The position numbers and the translations under genes are program-made. Shown piece by piece: positions 1 through 14,320 of a stretch of DNA of 64,000 nucleotides. This DNA comes from Eledone cirrhosa. Taxonomy: Eukaryota. The notes beneath the pieces are model-generated. The model saw only the letters and a list, made by a program, of their open reading frames with translations, was not told the DNA's origin and ran no database searches. The stretch is taken from assembly GCA_964016885.1 (NCBI GenBank), contig OZ024742.1:280116001-280180000 (forward strand), in the 5' to 3' direction. Positions within the stretch are counted from its first letter, which is position 1. Each line of letters opens with the position of its first letter.

Positions 1-659
1 ATCCGGGAGAGGTCCTCATGTTACATGTACCATATAGCATATATTATAGTGTAAGTGGCTAAGTATCCCACTGGGTCCTATATCTCGTAGGTGATTCCCC
101 ATCCGAATCAGTGGGTCTTAATAGGTGACTTGTCTGGACTTTTGACTTACAGGTAAAATCTTTCGAAAGGGCATCTAAAAAGTTTCCGCCCAATACAACT
201 TACGGGGCTTTCGTTGTTCCGATGTTATGGAATAGGCAGTGTCATGAAAACCGTTTATTCACCTAGGCGTACCTGAGTCCAATTGAACATGTTAACTAGA
301 AAGCTGCAGTGAGATGAAGCGTAGGGGCTCATGATCGCGAGGCAAATGTCTTAAGGATACAACCATGATTATGTACAATTATTTAGAGTAACTAGTATGG
401 TGCAAATAGATCGTATCTGCTATCTTATTATTGCGAGGTAAATCTCTTAACTAATCAATCTTGCATGTGTAAAACTTATGATTGCGAGAGTAACTTCTTC
501 AACTTTCATCCGTGACTACATGCAATAAGTAAACGTGACAACAACTAGACAAGCTAGTATCTAGAGTGACGCAGTAGGTGAAAACCCACGACCACAATCA
601 TGCCTGTGTAGAGACATGAATAGAGATATCTAATTTTTTGCACAAAACCAGTACATGTT

Positions 660-815
660 GATTGATTCAACCCATTACTTGAATGACATTTCATTTTATC
701 GTAACCAGAACGATAAAAGGCAAAGTTGACCTCTGTAGCATTTGAACTCAGGACGTAAGCATTCAATAATAAACCACTATGGAATTTTATCTGACGGCCT
801 ACCAATTTTGCAAAT
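660..815 (-). mobile_element. Diverged tRNA-derived Meta-core SINE (octopus OR-like) fragment
   Basis: aaaggcaaagttgacctctgtagcatttgaactcag matches the reverse complement of the B box and core of the full copy at 45092-45272. Confidence 0.6.
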
Positions 816-849
816 CAAACAGATACAATTATGAATAATTGTATGTGAC

Positions 850-915
850 ATAGAAGGGTCGAACTCACGAACCTATTATTGTGAAGCGAATTTCTTAACT
901 ACTGCGCCATGCCTA
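850..915 (-). mobile_element. tRNA-like SINE head (second family)
   Basis: Minus strand reads aggcatggcgcagtagttaag...gtgagttcgaccc (A and B box-like). A similar segment lies at about 3350-3438. Confidence 0.4.
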
Positions 916-1499
916 CAAACAATTGTAAATAATCACAAGTGCCATGCAGGTTAAGAAAAATATAATTGGTTCAATCACAGGTTAATATAATCGATATAAT
1001 GAATACAAGAAAATGGCGTCTATTCAGAGCTTTACAGATAACTCTGTTCTTAAGAAATTTTATCGATAATGAAGATTGATTTATTGAAGAAAATTTATTA
1101 CTCAATTAAAAATAAGATAAAATGACACCGTTATCTGAACTTCGGTTGTTTTAATTCATTAGAATTGTAAGAATAACTTGAATGCATTTGACACTTTTGG
1201 CATCCGTTGTTTATAAACTACTGTCATTTTAACTCTTTAATGGAAATGGAAGATTGCACAGGCATTTTATTTATATCAAATCAAATCAGTTCTTTTTGCT
1301 CACAATCTGAACAAATATTATGTAATCAAATGATATTGAATTTACAGAAAGGCCGCATCTTACGCGGTCAGTCGTTTTCTTCCAGAAAAGTAGAACGTTG
1401 GCTGGTGTTAAAGACGGCTGGTGTTAAACATTTTCAGTTTACGTTTGGTTACATAGAGAAATGTAAATAGGCAGAGGATCTACGAAATACAATGTCAAT

Positions 1500-2030
1500 T
1501 GCTTCTACAACAAGTGATTTTTAAAGTCTAATGAGAGTAATACAATATGTTACAAGACTTTTCTTTTGAATTACAAGTAGACGTTATACGATGGGCTTCC
1601 AGACTTTTCGTCAATCCAGTTTCATTCACAAAGCTATGGTAAATGATATTTGTCCACGATGACACACTGTAGGATCTGACGCGAGACATTAAGGATTGTG
1701 ACGAATGGAACTTCTTGAACATTTGACCATGCTATGTCCAAAAGGAGGAAAGGGCAGTGGTAATTGGAGATCGAATAAAATGATCTCTATAACGGAAGAT
1801 CTAGTATAATGATTGACCGTTCCTAAGATTTACGCAAACCTTTACCTGTCCAGTGATATACACGCCTTGCAGAAAGCTACATTCGACATGTTGACAAGAT
1901 ACAACGTTAGCAGACTAGATGATTTATATGTGATGCTTGTTCAATGATGTCTGCAACTTCTGATTTCAAGATCGATAGAGAAATATGTTTTGGAAATATA
2001 AATAAGGAAAAGAAAAAAAGGTTTTCAGAG
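1500..2030 (+). pseudogene. Highly decayed L1/Tx1-like 3' end (zinc-knuckle remnant)
   Basis: Broken frames give ICPR*...LLEHLTMLCPK, resembling a CxxC..E..HL...CP knuckle, followed by an A-rich tail. Weak. Confidence 0.3.
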
Positions 2031-2392
2031 ACTATTTATAGAAGAAAGCAAGATGGGAAAAGATGGACCTCTAGGGGAAAGAAGCCATGATGAATTGCAC
2101 AGGAACAAACTAGGCTGGTGATATATGAACAGAGATAGCTATCTATGGAAGCCACATTGGATGATAATAATGTATATATATATATATATATATACATAGA
2201 GATAGTGGGATAGGGAGAATGAGACAATGTGATGTGTGATTGGAGAGACCATTAATCCTGGGAATATTCAATGCAATGGGAGATGCAGAGTGGTTTAGAA
2301 ATAATTAAAATACCGATCGCTGCGCCAAAAACGGTTTCGGCTTCAGTCAAACACCAGTCGAAACCACTTGGCGTCCCAGTCGTGATTTTAGC

Positions 2393-2394
<2 letters not shown>

Positions 2395-2467
<73 letters not shown>

Positions 2468-2524
2468 CTCTCTCTCTCTATCTCTCTATCTCTCTCTCTC
2501 TCTTTCTCTCACTATATATATATG

Positions 2525-2582
<58 letters not shown>

Positions 2583-2703
2583 TATACACATAAACATACA
2601 TACATATATATGTTTGTGTGTGTATGTGAGTATATATATATATATATATATATATATTTACACATATACATACATACATATATGTGTTTGTGTGTGTGTG
2701 TGA

Positions 2704-2793
<90 letters not shown>
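2395..2793. repeat. (TC)n/(TA)n/(TG)n compound microsatellite
   Basis: Seen directly; explains ORFs 2271-2795, 2486-2671 and 2512-2898. Confidence 0.95.
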
Positions 2794-2797
<4 letters not shown>

Positions 2798-4053
2798 GGG
2801 GGTTGGTCGTGGTATGTAGAAAATCTACATGCGCAAAATGATTGATTAAAAGCTAGAAATAGGAAAGATATTCTGAGATAGCGATCCCCGATTTTCAACC
2901 CGCTCAGTGTGGATGATACTTGGAGATGATATTGATAAAGATGAAGATGTGGCTTTAAGAAATCTATGAATGATTAATATGCTTTTGTTTAAAAAAAACT
3001 ACAAAACATACACGAAGTTCGGTAAAGGAAAGGCGTGGAAGTATATAATTAATTGCAATAGAAAAAAAATATCTCTGTTTCCACGCTAGTAAGGGTGCCC
3101 TTCATTGAAGTTGTGAAATTAATTTAAAAACAAATACTTGAAATCTATCCTTACCGTCTTAAAAAAAAATTATTTAAGTTGGGCTAATCTATCCAAATAC
3201 GTGGCGGAGACTGAACAAAATCTGAATCTATAAAACAAATTATATGACAAAACTGGACCTTTAAATTACACGTACAATCCATCCTATGTTTGAAAGTTTC
3301 GGTGTACACAAATTCATTTACAAGCCTTGGATAGACATATGATGTCTTGTAGTGGAGTCGAACAAGGAGACGTGGTTAATGCAAAGTGAACCTCGTGCTT
3401 AATGTAAAGCGAACCTCTGAACCACTCAGCCATGCCTAAAATTGTTTACTAGGTACATTAGGGCATTTGGAAATGTAATGCGATGGTGATAAGGAAAATT
3501 GTTTTTACAGTCGAAAACTAGATAAACAACTGATAAATGATTATAATTAGCAAGCTCGCGCTTGGGTCTTTTCTCGCCCCTATCCTCGAGCAGGTTCATT
3601 TTAAACCACCGAATTTATTATAGGCAATTTGACAGAAGCACAGAGAGAGATAGAGGGAGATGGGAAAGGGGAGGAGAGAGTGCTTGAAACGCATTCATAA
3701 AAACAGGCACAAACACTCAAATGTAGGTATACCTACTCATACGCACAAATTAAAACACAAGCATACAAACATACACATACACACACGCACACATATTTAT
3801 GTCTCTCAATCGCTTTCTCTCGTCGTGTATATATATATATATATAGTATTAAGGGTACTATTTATGGTTATGTATGCAATAAAACCTTTGATGGTAATAT
3901 ATTATATATACACAAACCCTAAATAGTGAGTGATATTCATTAATCACTATCCTATTACCAGTAAGATAAATAGCTCAATGTAATAACATCAGTTGTTTTA
4001 CAGAGCAGTTATATAGAGATTACAGTAATCAAAGTTCAGTTTAAGTCATTTAT

Positions 4054-4102
4054 TTGCTTACAATTGTTTCCTCCAAACCGAGGTTTGGATTCTTCGGAGC
4101 AA
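4054..4102 (-). ncRNA. Type I hammerhead ribozyme (CCGAAGA core variant)
   Basis: Reverse-complement copy of 4909-4957. Confidence 0.65.
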
Positions 4103-4908
4103 CTATTTATAACATACTTGACCTCCTTTTCAACCCAAGAGACGCATAAAACATATGCGCATATTGATCAACAGTGGGGTGACATTCGTCAAATGATATA
4201 GCATGGCAATTTACATATAAAGGTTACAGGATAAAAATAAAATAAAATAAAAACAAGAGTGAAAATAGGACAGCATGATATATTAATTAAGAACCGACTG
4301 GATACGGTTTATAGCTTGACTATATGCTGAACCACTGCGAATTATACGATAGACGCGTGTTCTCTATATATATATTGCGTCTCATGGATTATGTGAGTGG
4401 TGGTGTGAGCAAGGACAGTGGTACGACCTTGCCTACGATACAATAAGGTTTATAGTATGTTGAAGGTTTTTGATATTTTGGTGTTTCCCCGCATCCGAGA
4501 CTGTATATCATACAGATGTATGAGAATAAATGACTTAATAATTCAGCCTATATAATAAGATCGATTGCCTGCTTCAACTGCCTGACCCTGCAAATATCAT
4601 TCTGACGCACTCTAATCATGTATAGATAAGACACGCGTGCATGCTACACGGGAGATTGTTTCATACACTGACTACTCTAAGCTTTCCTCTTGCTTTATCT
4701 TCATAGACTGCCAACGCTTCATGTTTATCTTTATTTTCACTCTTATTTTCACTCTTGTTTTTATTTTATTTTATTTTTATCCTGTAACCTTTATATGTAA
4801 ATTTCCATGCTATATCATTTGACGAATGTCACCCCACTGTTGATCAATATGCGCATATGTTTTATGTGTCTCTTGGGTTGAAAAGAAGGTCAAGTATGTT
4901 ATAAATAG

Positions 4909-4957
4909 TTGCTCCGAAGAATCCAAACCTCGGTTTGGAGGAAACAATTGTAAGCAA
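4909..4957 (+). ncRNA. Type I hammerhead ribozyme (CCGAAGA core variant)
   Basis: ttgct-CCGAAGA-a.tccaaacc.tc.ggtttgga.g-GAAA-caattg-TA-agcaa: 5-bp stem I, 8-bp stem II, palindromic stem III. Confidence 0.7.
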
Positions 4958-5001
4958 ATAAATGACTTAAACTGAACTTTGATTACTGTAATCTCTATGT
5001 A

Positions 5002-5047
<46 letters not shown>

Positions 5048-5087
5048 GTATATATATATGCATATATATATGTATATATATATATAT

Positions 5088-5244
<157 letters not shown>

Positions 5245-5259
5245 ATTATATATATATAT

Positions 5260-5796
<537 letters not shown>

Positions 5797-5858
5797 TATA
5801 TATATATATTATATACATAAAAATATATATATGGGTGTGTGTGTGAGACCCAAGTTCA

Positions 5859-5897
<39 letters not shown>

Positions 5898-6346
5898 ACA
5901 GTGTGGCTCAAAACACATGCACAACCCTGTAAAAACACATACACACACATACACACACACACATTCGCGCGCGCGCGCACATATATATAAATATATAATT
6001 CAAAGTGTAAGGGAGAGAGGGGTTGGAAAAAACAGGAGACCATGGGGACTTAGAAAAAAAAAATCAAAACAGACGACCTAGGTAACGATTCGACTAACAC
6101 ACCAACCCGCCAACGAATCAGTATTGTCTGTATGAAGAAACCTCTCCCTAAATCACGGGCAGTCGGTTAAAGATTCAAGAAAAAGAAAAGGACAATGGAA
6201 GAGCTTTCGTCTGTCTTTCTGCCTGGTGATGAGATAACAAAATGAAGGAGAGGGCGATGCGATGTTAATGGGAGGACTACTGGTAGGGTTAGTAACGTTG
6301 CATGTATATGTGTGGTGTTAGGCGGAAAGATTATGTTTGTCCCTCT

Positions 6347-6393
<47 letters not shown>

Positions 6394-6727
6394 GTGTGCC
6401 TGTGTGGCGGTTTGTTGTTTTAAAGTTAAAATGTTACTTCCTTATCTAAGCTGTGTGTAGTGTTACCTTGAAATGTTATTCTTCTCAATCCCTTCCGACG
6501 CTGCCTTTCACGATACTACTCACATGTCTGTATGTATGTGATTATATGTACATGTGTGTCTGTATCAGTGTGTGTATATATGTGTGTGTGTGTGTGTATG
6601 TGTGTATGTGTGTAGTATATAGGAGTAACGCTTGTGTAAATGTCCGTACCAACCAATGTATACGTAGCAGCAATATTGCAGATTTCCTCTCTATTAGTAC
6701 ATACAAACCTACTCATAGTCACAAATT

Positions 6728-6790
<63 letters not shown>

Positions 6791-6872
6791 GTAGAGAAAG
6801 AGTGAAGTTGACTAAGAGAGAGAGAGAGAAAGTGAGAGACAGACTGACATATATTACATTCATATATATATA

Positions 6873-7006
<134 letters not shown>

Positions 7007-7176
7007 TATACATACATTTACATTAAATAAACACAGATACAACTACGTGTAAATACACAACGATTTATCTTCAAATTGAAGTGGTGCCGCGACATATCAC
7101 CCATATTAACGATTGCATTTCCAATATTTTTTATTCCATTAACGTGTGTATTTATGAGCTTGTATGAGCGTCTACG

Positions 7177-7245
<69 letters not shown>

Positions 7246-8285
7246 TTCTACGCCTCCATTTTGTTGTTCGTGATTGTCACTAAGTGTCTGTCTTATTTGT
7301 CTCCAAGGCGTCGAAATATAGAGATCCATCCACAGGGCAACAACATGGTCGTTTCAATTTATTTATTTTATGTTGTCGTCATTTTCTTCTGATAGGCATC
7401 ACAATATTATCTCGCACAGCATGGTGGTCTCTCGCGTCATGAGTTACTATCTTTATCGTTACTTCCAAGTGAGTGGAATGCGGCGGGGGATATTGGTACA
7501 CAATGACCAGAAAATGACAGAGGTGATACTTGAGTGGATTATTTAGGACCTCCATTTCGAATTTCAATGACGTCGTGTTTGTTAGGTGTCAGATTACATT
7601 TATTTAAAGAATGATATATAGTTATGAAAGGCTGGAATGGATGTCCGTCGTATTCGACGATGAATATTCCAGTTGTTCGATGTAATAATGATGATGATGA
7701 TGATAATATTGATGAGGTTGCATCCCTTGCTGATTTCGAGGATGAGTAGTATTGAGTCCAACGAATATCCGAACGTCTAGATTGTAAATTAATATTCAAG
7801 TGACTGTGTGTTCCACGGACACGATATCCGTAACCTTATCCTGAGACACCATGCGACAAGGATGGATCTTTGAGTTACAGACACAATGCGTCAGAGTTCC
7901 AAGTTCAGAATACATCTTAGATGGCCAGTGCTAATCACCACACACAGAACCAGAATGGGTTGAGAAGGATTATAGCCGCCTCCTACAGCAGGCGAACCAT
8001 GATGACAACATCCACAAACGTATTGTAATTCCTTCGTAACGTATACTTTATAGTAAGAAACAGGTTTCTGTGACTAAAAAATGAAAAGGTTATTACCATT
8101 ATACGTAATGGTTTTTAAAGTTCAGGCTCATATGTAGAAACTTTCGGCGAGGAAAATCGATTATTTTAACGACCCCCCAAAGGATAAAATGCAAAGTTCA
8201 CTGTGGTGGGATTTGAACACAGGATGATAAAAACCGAAAGATTTACTTCACCCTATATTAATATTGATATTAATATTGATAATAA

Positions 8286-8339
<54 letters not shown>

Positions 8340-9788
8340 TACTATTACAATTATTGTTTTTATTAAAATATTTAATGTTTTTATTTTCATGAAATGGGTT
8401 CCAATTAACACTTCAGTGCCGTAGGGAGTATGAAAAAAATCCTCTTTCAACCTTCTTTGATCCTTTGATCTTTACCGTTCAAGAAAATACAACTGACATT
8501 ATCAAAACTTGTAACTCGAGGTTAGAGTGTTGTTTGATATCTGCGTTTATGCAGCCAGTCGTATGGAAGTTAGCAACCGTAGGCCAAAACGGTAAACCCA
8601 TGGTAACTTCGGCCATGTTTAAGGAAAATATATTGACAGAACATCGTACCAATTTCCCGACTTCCGTAGCTGTTCGTAATATGTTTTATTATAAGCATTT
8701 TCGTTACTGTTCAGAAACATTTATGAGAAGATGTTCGTGATTATTTTATATCGATATAAATATAGTTGAAGACGTCTTTCAACACACGAATAAGATGGAA
8801 GAGTATAGAATATGATAAATTCTTCATGTGTGTGAAAAGAATTTGAGATTTCAAGTCATAAAAAAAACAGGATGTATAAATATTCTTAGTCGTATCCATA
8901 TATCTTAATAACATATATACATACGTATGCACACACACACACACTATACATACGCCTACACATACACACACACATGCAGACACACGCACACACACATGCA
9001 TACATAATGAACGTGCCCACATACTTACGTACATACGTACATACATACATACATACATATATACTTACATACACACATATGTATGTATCTATGTATGTAT
9101 GTATGTATGTATGTATGTATGTATGTATGTATGTATGTGTGTATGTATGTATGTATGTATCAGCAAGGAGCAAGTTTCCAACCATGTCATATGTAAAATA
9201 TAACTGTCCTGAATGTTGAACATTTTTATTAAAGATTATTCGGATTTCCTTAGTTTATTTGCCTTGGTTCTGAAGAGTGACCTTCCTGAATTCCGGTGTG
9301 TATAAACGTTTCGAAACCTTCATTACTCCCTCTTAACAATTACGATGGTCTTACTAGTAATGTATTGGTCACGTTTTAAGAGTGGCTGTAAAGGAACATA
9401 GAGTGGTAGAACGTTATGGACGCCTGATATAAAATCACTCAATTGTTCTGTGTGCATGGTTAACCAACGGGAAAGTAGTACTTTTTTTTATCGTTGCACT
9501 AATTTCACATAATGTCTGTCATTGAAATTTCTACATCACATTGCTCAATATTTCAATAAGTACTATGTTTCAACCACTGCGAAATTATAATTCAGGTGTC
9601 TATGATATACCAATCTCATGATACTTTCCGAGCCCTGCTTAAGCAGATGTCGAATTAGCCACCTGTATGACTATTCTTATACCGAAGATGGAGACGTGAG
9701 CGCTACCTCTACCGGCGAACCAGCTAACCATAAATATCTAATAAAAATTCAAAAATTTCTTTCAGCACTCCCACACGTGATACAGAAA

Positions 9789-11343
9789 ATGCCTACTAAA
9801 ACAAAAACAGACTCCACTCTCATTAGCATCAATCAAGAGATACTCCAAGAACTACAAAAAATTAACTCTAATTTGTCAATACACACCAACAAACTTAACT
9901 CTACAAGTGAAGAAACAATCCCCAAATACACATCCTATGAAATCAACGAGAATATCAATAACTTTTGTGAAACAATAAAAACACACCTCAATAACAACAC
10001 AAACCCTATTCAAGCGAACGAAAAAAACACATGACACTAATACACTTACAACTTACCAAATAAAAAGCAAATTAATACGACAATGGTACACATCTCTTAT
10101 AAACAGAAAATTCTCCTTTTGGAAGATGATACAAAACAATAACAAAGCGGAGATCTATGAAAAATGGATTAACCCATCTTCATTAATCATCCACCGCAAA
10201 CTACTAATTAAATCCATCCCAAACGAACCAGAGACACAAAGACGCCTCAGAGAAAGAATGGCACTTGATAACATAAAAACCGAAATTGAACTCCTTAAAT
10301 TGAGAGCCCAAGCAAATGCAGATAGGATCAAATCAATCGACGATGATGTTAATCAAGCAATTATCAATAAAACCAAAGACACGACCCTAGAAAATATTTC
10401 AAAATTGTGGTTAGTGGACTGTAATAAGGAAGAATTAAAATCCCTTCAACGTTCGGAAATAAACAAAACCTGGTTCTCTAACTATGAACCACTTTTCAAA
10501 AAAGAACACACATCCAATAACCACTTCATTAAAACCATAATAACAAGAAAACTCAATCAACACCCAAACACCACACAAAAACCAACAACAACAAAAAAAC
10601 AATACCTCCCTACATACCGACAAAAGAAGGCATCACCTTGCCCCTACCTCCTACATCCTCCACACAACTACTACACGGACTCCCAAGCAACAAATATAGT
10701 AATAGAGGAACATCAGCTACAAGATAGACACTACAACTTCTCTCCCACCAGGAGAAACCATAGAATCCCGCACACTTACAACCCCCATAACATCCCCACA
10801 CAACAAAGCCACAAGCATCATTACTTCCAACATAGAACTCAAGATACCCACCTACAACCACACACCAGCTACAAGGAAACCCTAATCAACTAATCCTACT
10901 ACAACAACATCAGCAGAGGACAATAAAACCACACGAGACACCCTAACCACTACTGCCACCCTAGCTACACACCATATAACAGCAACAGCAGGACTCAATA
11001 TAACCACACAGGACAACCCTACTACAACTACCACCAAGTCTACACACCCTACAACAACAGCAGTGCTCAGTACAACCATACGATACAACCCAACTTCAAC
11101 AACCACCACAACTTCACACCCTAAAACCACGTCCATCAAATCTACACACCCTACAACAACATCAGCAGGGCTCAATACAACCCCATGATACAACCTAAAC
11201 TCAACAACCACCACAGCTACACACCATCTAACAACAACAGCAGGGGCCAATACAATTATAAGAGACATCCAAACTTCAAAAGCCATCACAACTTCCGTAA
11301 TCATTTTTTAGACACAACACACAGACACAGGATAACAAGATAA
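9789..11343 (+). pseudogene. PLE upstream ORF1 (coiled-coil-like N-terminus, Y/N/H/Q-rich repeats)
   Basis: ATG at 9789, frameshift near 10025, then one frame from 10126 to TAA 11341-11343 interrupted by a few TAA codons, several at TAC positions of the repeat. Confidence 0.55.
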
Positions 11344-13626
11344 CACAAAACACAGAGGCGACACAAAATGCAATAAAAATTGTTAATTTAACCTCTAAAG
11401 AATTAACAACAGACCAAATCAACATACTCTCCAAAGGTCTAAAATTGACACCAACTCCCCAACAACCAAACTACCCCGAAATGAAGGAAGATATTGTTGA
11501 ATTCTGTAGAAAACTAAGACTCAGCGAGCAACTATACGACAAATACAATGAGGATGACTCAATAACTAGAAATAGAAGCAACTACATCCCACCAAAAGGC
11601 AAAAACAAATTCCTCGATCAATTCTGCGAACACATTACTAATTACCCATACCACCACCTACACAGACATACACAAAAACCAAACCTAAGCAAAAGAGAAT
11701 GGAATGGTCTTAACAGTCTAAAAAACGACAAAACCCTAACAATCAAAGAGGCAAATAAAGGGAGTGCAGTAGTCCTTATGGAGACAGATTATTACACGAC
11801 TCTAGTACTCTCAACTCTAGAAAACGAAACATATTATGAAAAGGCCCAACACTACACACAACAGAAAATAATAAGAAACCTAAAATCCCTAACAACCCTT
11901 TACAAAGAAGGCCTTAGAGACAAGGAATACAACTACATCACCAATTTCAATAGCAGAACCACCCTCTTCTACAGTATCCCCAAAACACACATAAGCGAAG
12001 TAATAGGTAGGGCCTGCAAGCAAGCCACAGACGTTTACATCAATATAGCCCCCTCCTGATGATCTTAAATTAAGTCCCATAATAGCAGGCACCACATGTG
12101 AAACCCACCACCTAAGCAACTTCCTAGATATTCTGCTTAAACCTTTCCTAAAACACATAAAATCGTCATCAGGGACGACCTTGACATGCTCAACAAGACT
12201 CAATAATGAACATACCCTACTAGTAACCTTTGATGTCATCAATTTATATCCCACACAACCTTGGTATAGAGGCAATGCAATTCTGGCTTGAACATTTCCC
12301 TAGTGAACTCCCACAGCGCATCCCTAAAGAATTTGTGTTGGAGGGACTCAAATTCATCTTGGAAAAGAATTTCTTCGAATTCATTGCCAAATACTACAGA
12401 CAGAAATCTGGGACTGCCACGGGCATGAAAGTAGCCCCCTCATACGCCAACCTTGTCAGGGGATATTTGGAAACCAGCCTCTACCGCAAAGTTCTAGACA
12501 AATACTACAACCACTTCTACCAACACATAGAAAAGAACTGGAAGAGATATCTGGACGACTGCTTCATCCTCTGGCATGAAAGTATAGATAGATTGTTTGA
12601 GTTTAAAACCCTTCTGAATGGACTCAACACAAACTTACAACTCACAATGGATTACGGCCATGAACAACTGCCTTTCCTCGACATCCTCACCAAGAAAACA
12701 AGCAACAAAATAGAAACAGACATATACTACAAACTCACAGACTCCAAACAATAGCTCCCATTCAACTCGTGCCACCCTAGACACACCAAAATGGCAATTT
12801 TTTATAACCTAGCCAGAAGGATATGCACAATAGTTTCAGATAAATACACATGCTACACACGACTAGAAAAATTAAAAAAACACACTTGTCAGCAGAAACT
12901 ACCCACCATCCCTAATCAACAATGGATTCCAACGTGCCCTAAAACTCGACATCCAGGAACTCAGACACCCCAAACCCAGGAATGAACCGCAACAAAAAAC
13001 TCTACAATACATCTCCACACACAACCCCCTCAACAATGAGGCATTCGACACCATCCCCCAGAACATTCCTTTACTAAAAAGAGACCAAAGAATGAACAAA
13101 ATCCTGCAAACACACAACATCATAAAGAGCAAAAGACAAACTAAATCAATAAAAAACATCCTCACACATGCCAAAATCCAACAAACCCTAACAATGAACT
13201 CTTCAGTAACAAAATGCGGAAGGCCCAACTGTGGCATGTGCATAAATCTAATATAAGGTTCATCATTCCATTTTAAACAAGGACAACATTTCACAGTTAA
13301 ACACAACTTATATGTGCATCTGAAAACCTAATCTATGTTTTGACATGCTCAGGTTGTCAAGAGCACTACATAGGACAGACAAAAATAGCCTCCGTCAACG
13401 TATGACCGTCCATAAATAAAAAAAGTATATACAGCAATACAGAAAGATTGCATTTAGTGAACATATCGTCAATTGTGCACACAACGAACATCCAAACTTT
13501 AAAATTTTTCCCCCATTTACAAATTAATAGACAACGCTACTTTCATCCATCGTACCAATAAGGAAACATATATCATTAACAAATTCCAACCCCTACTTAA
13601 TTCACTAAACTTCAGACCAAACTAAA
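11301..13626 (+). pseudogene. PLE reverse transcriptase-GIY-YIG endonuclease (frameshifted)
   Basis: Frame opens after TAA 11298-11300: IVNLTSKELTTDQINILSKGLKLTP, then ORF pieces 11445-12059, 12230-12754 and 12791-12985, with the endonuclease at about 13320-13620. Confidence 0.88.
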
Positions 13627-14044
13627 ACTGGAACAAACAATCAAACATGTACAAGACTTACCTCCCTCACACCCTACCTAATCCTTTTTCTTAAATAAAT
13701 TGAATATCATCCAACATGAATTGCCCCCCCCCTGCATATTAACTCTCTAAAAAGGGAAACCATATTAAACTACAATCCACCATTTGCCTCCATCATGGAA
13801 TCATGGATCAACTAAGCATACTTGCTATATTAACACATTTTGATCTGCTTAACTTCAAGAACTATGCCTGTAAATAACCTTATTTTTTCTTTCACATTGA
13901 CTTTTTATTCTCTACTTTACGCCCCTTTTTTTCTTTTTTCTTTTTATTTTCACTTCATAAACCTTGTTTGTAAATAACATTATTCTTTCTGCACCATTTC
14001 TTTAACATGTGCAACATCACCATTCTACACCAATACATCCCACT

Positions 14045-14085
14045 ATCATTTGATAATGCATAAAAATGCTGAAACCGATAATAGA
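14045..14085 (+). ncRNA. Degenerate hammerhead with U3-A8 core
   Basis: TTGATAA-tgcataaaaatgct-GAAA-ccga-TA-atag; homologue of 5580-5617 with weakened stems I and III. Confidence 0.5.
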
Positions 14086-14276
14086 CAATTATTAAATATA
14101 CAAATAGATAAATAAATGCCATTGTTAATTAATAAATAAATCAACTAATACCTTAACACTTCACACAAAGTAAAACATTTCGTTTTAATCATTTTCTAAC
14201 CCAGAAAAGAGAGAGAGAGAAATAAAAAAGGAGAAACAAATATTTTCCTTCCTAGTAATCGTCTCTTTCTCCCTGT

Positions 14277-14312
<36 letters not shown>

Positions 14313-14320
<8 letters not shown>

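Larger units (their letters stand above)
3845..5010. mobile_element. Non-coding inverted PLE pseudo-LTR insertion (arms about 4009-4267 and 4744-5002)
   Basis: About 260-bp near-identical inverted arms, each with an HHR motif, flanked by (TA)n. The left arm appears to continue about 160 bp further to 3845. Confidence 0.75.
9789..14281 (+). mobile_element. Near full-length Penelope-like element, Neptune-like, decayed
   Basis: ORF1 plus RT (IKEANKGSAVV, FDV, QKSGTATGMKVAPSYANL, RYLDDCF), a CGRPNCGMC linker, GIY-YIG (NLIYVLTCSGCQEHYIGQT), an HHR-bearing 3' end and a (TA)n flank. The 5' boundary is uncertain and may extend to about 9160. Confidence 0.88.

Noticed and set aside
1-560. Moderately GC-rich segment with small hairpins (cccactg/cagtggg)
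   Set aside because: Cut by the window edge; no recognisable ORF, ribozyme or repeat partner in the window.
9262-9470. ccttggtt-CTGAAGA with a distant aaccaa partner
   Set aside because: No GAAA and stem III in the required position, so not a supportable hammerhead.
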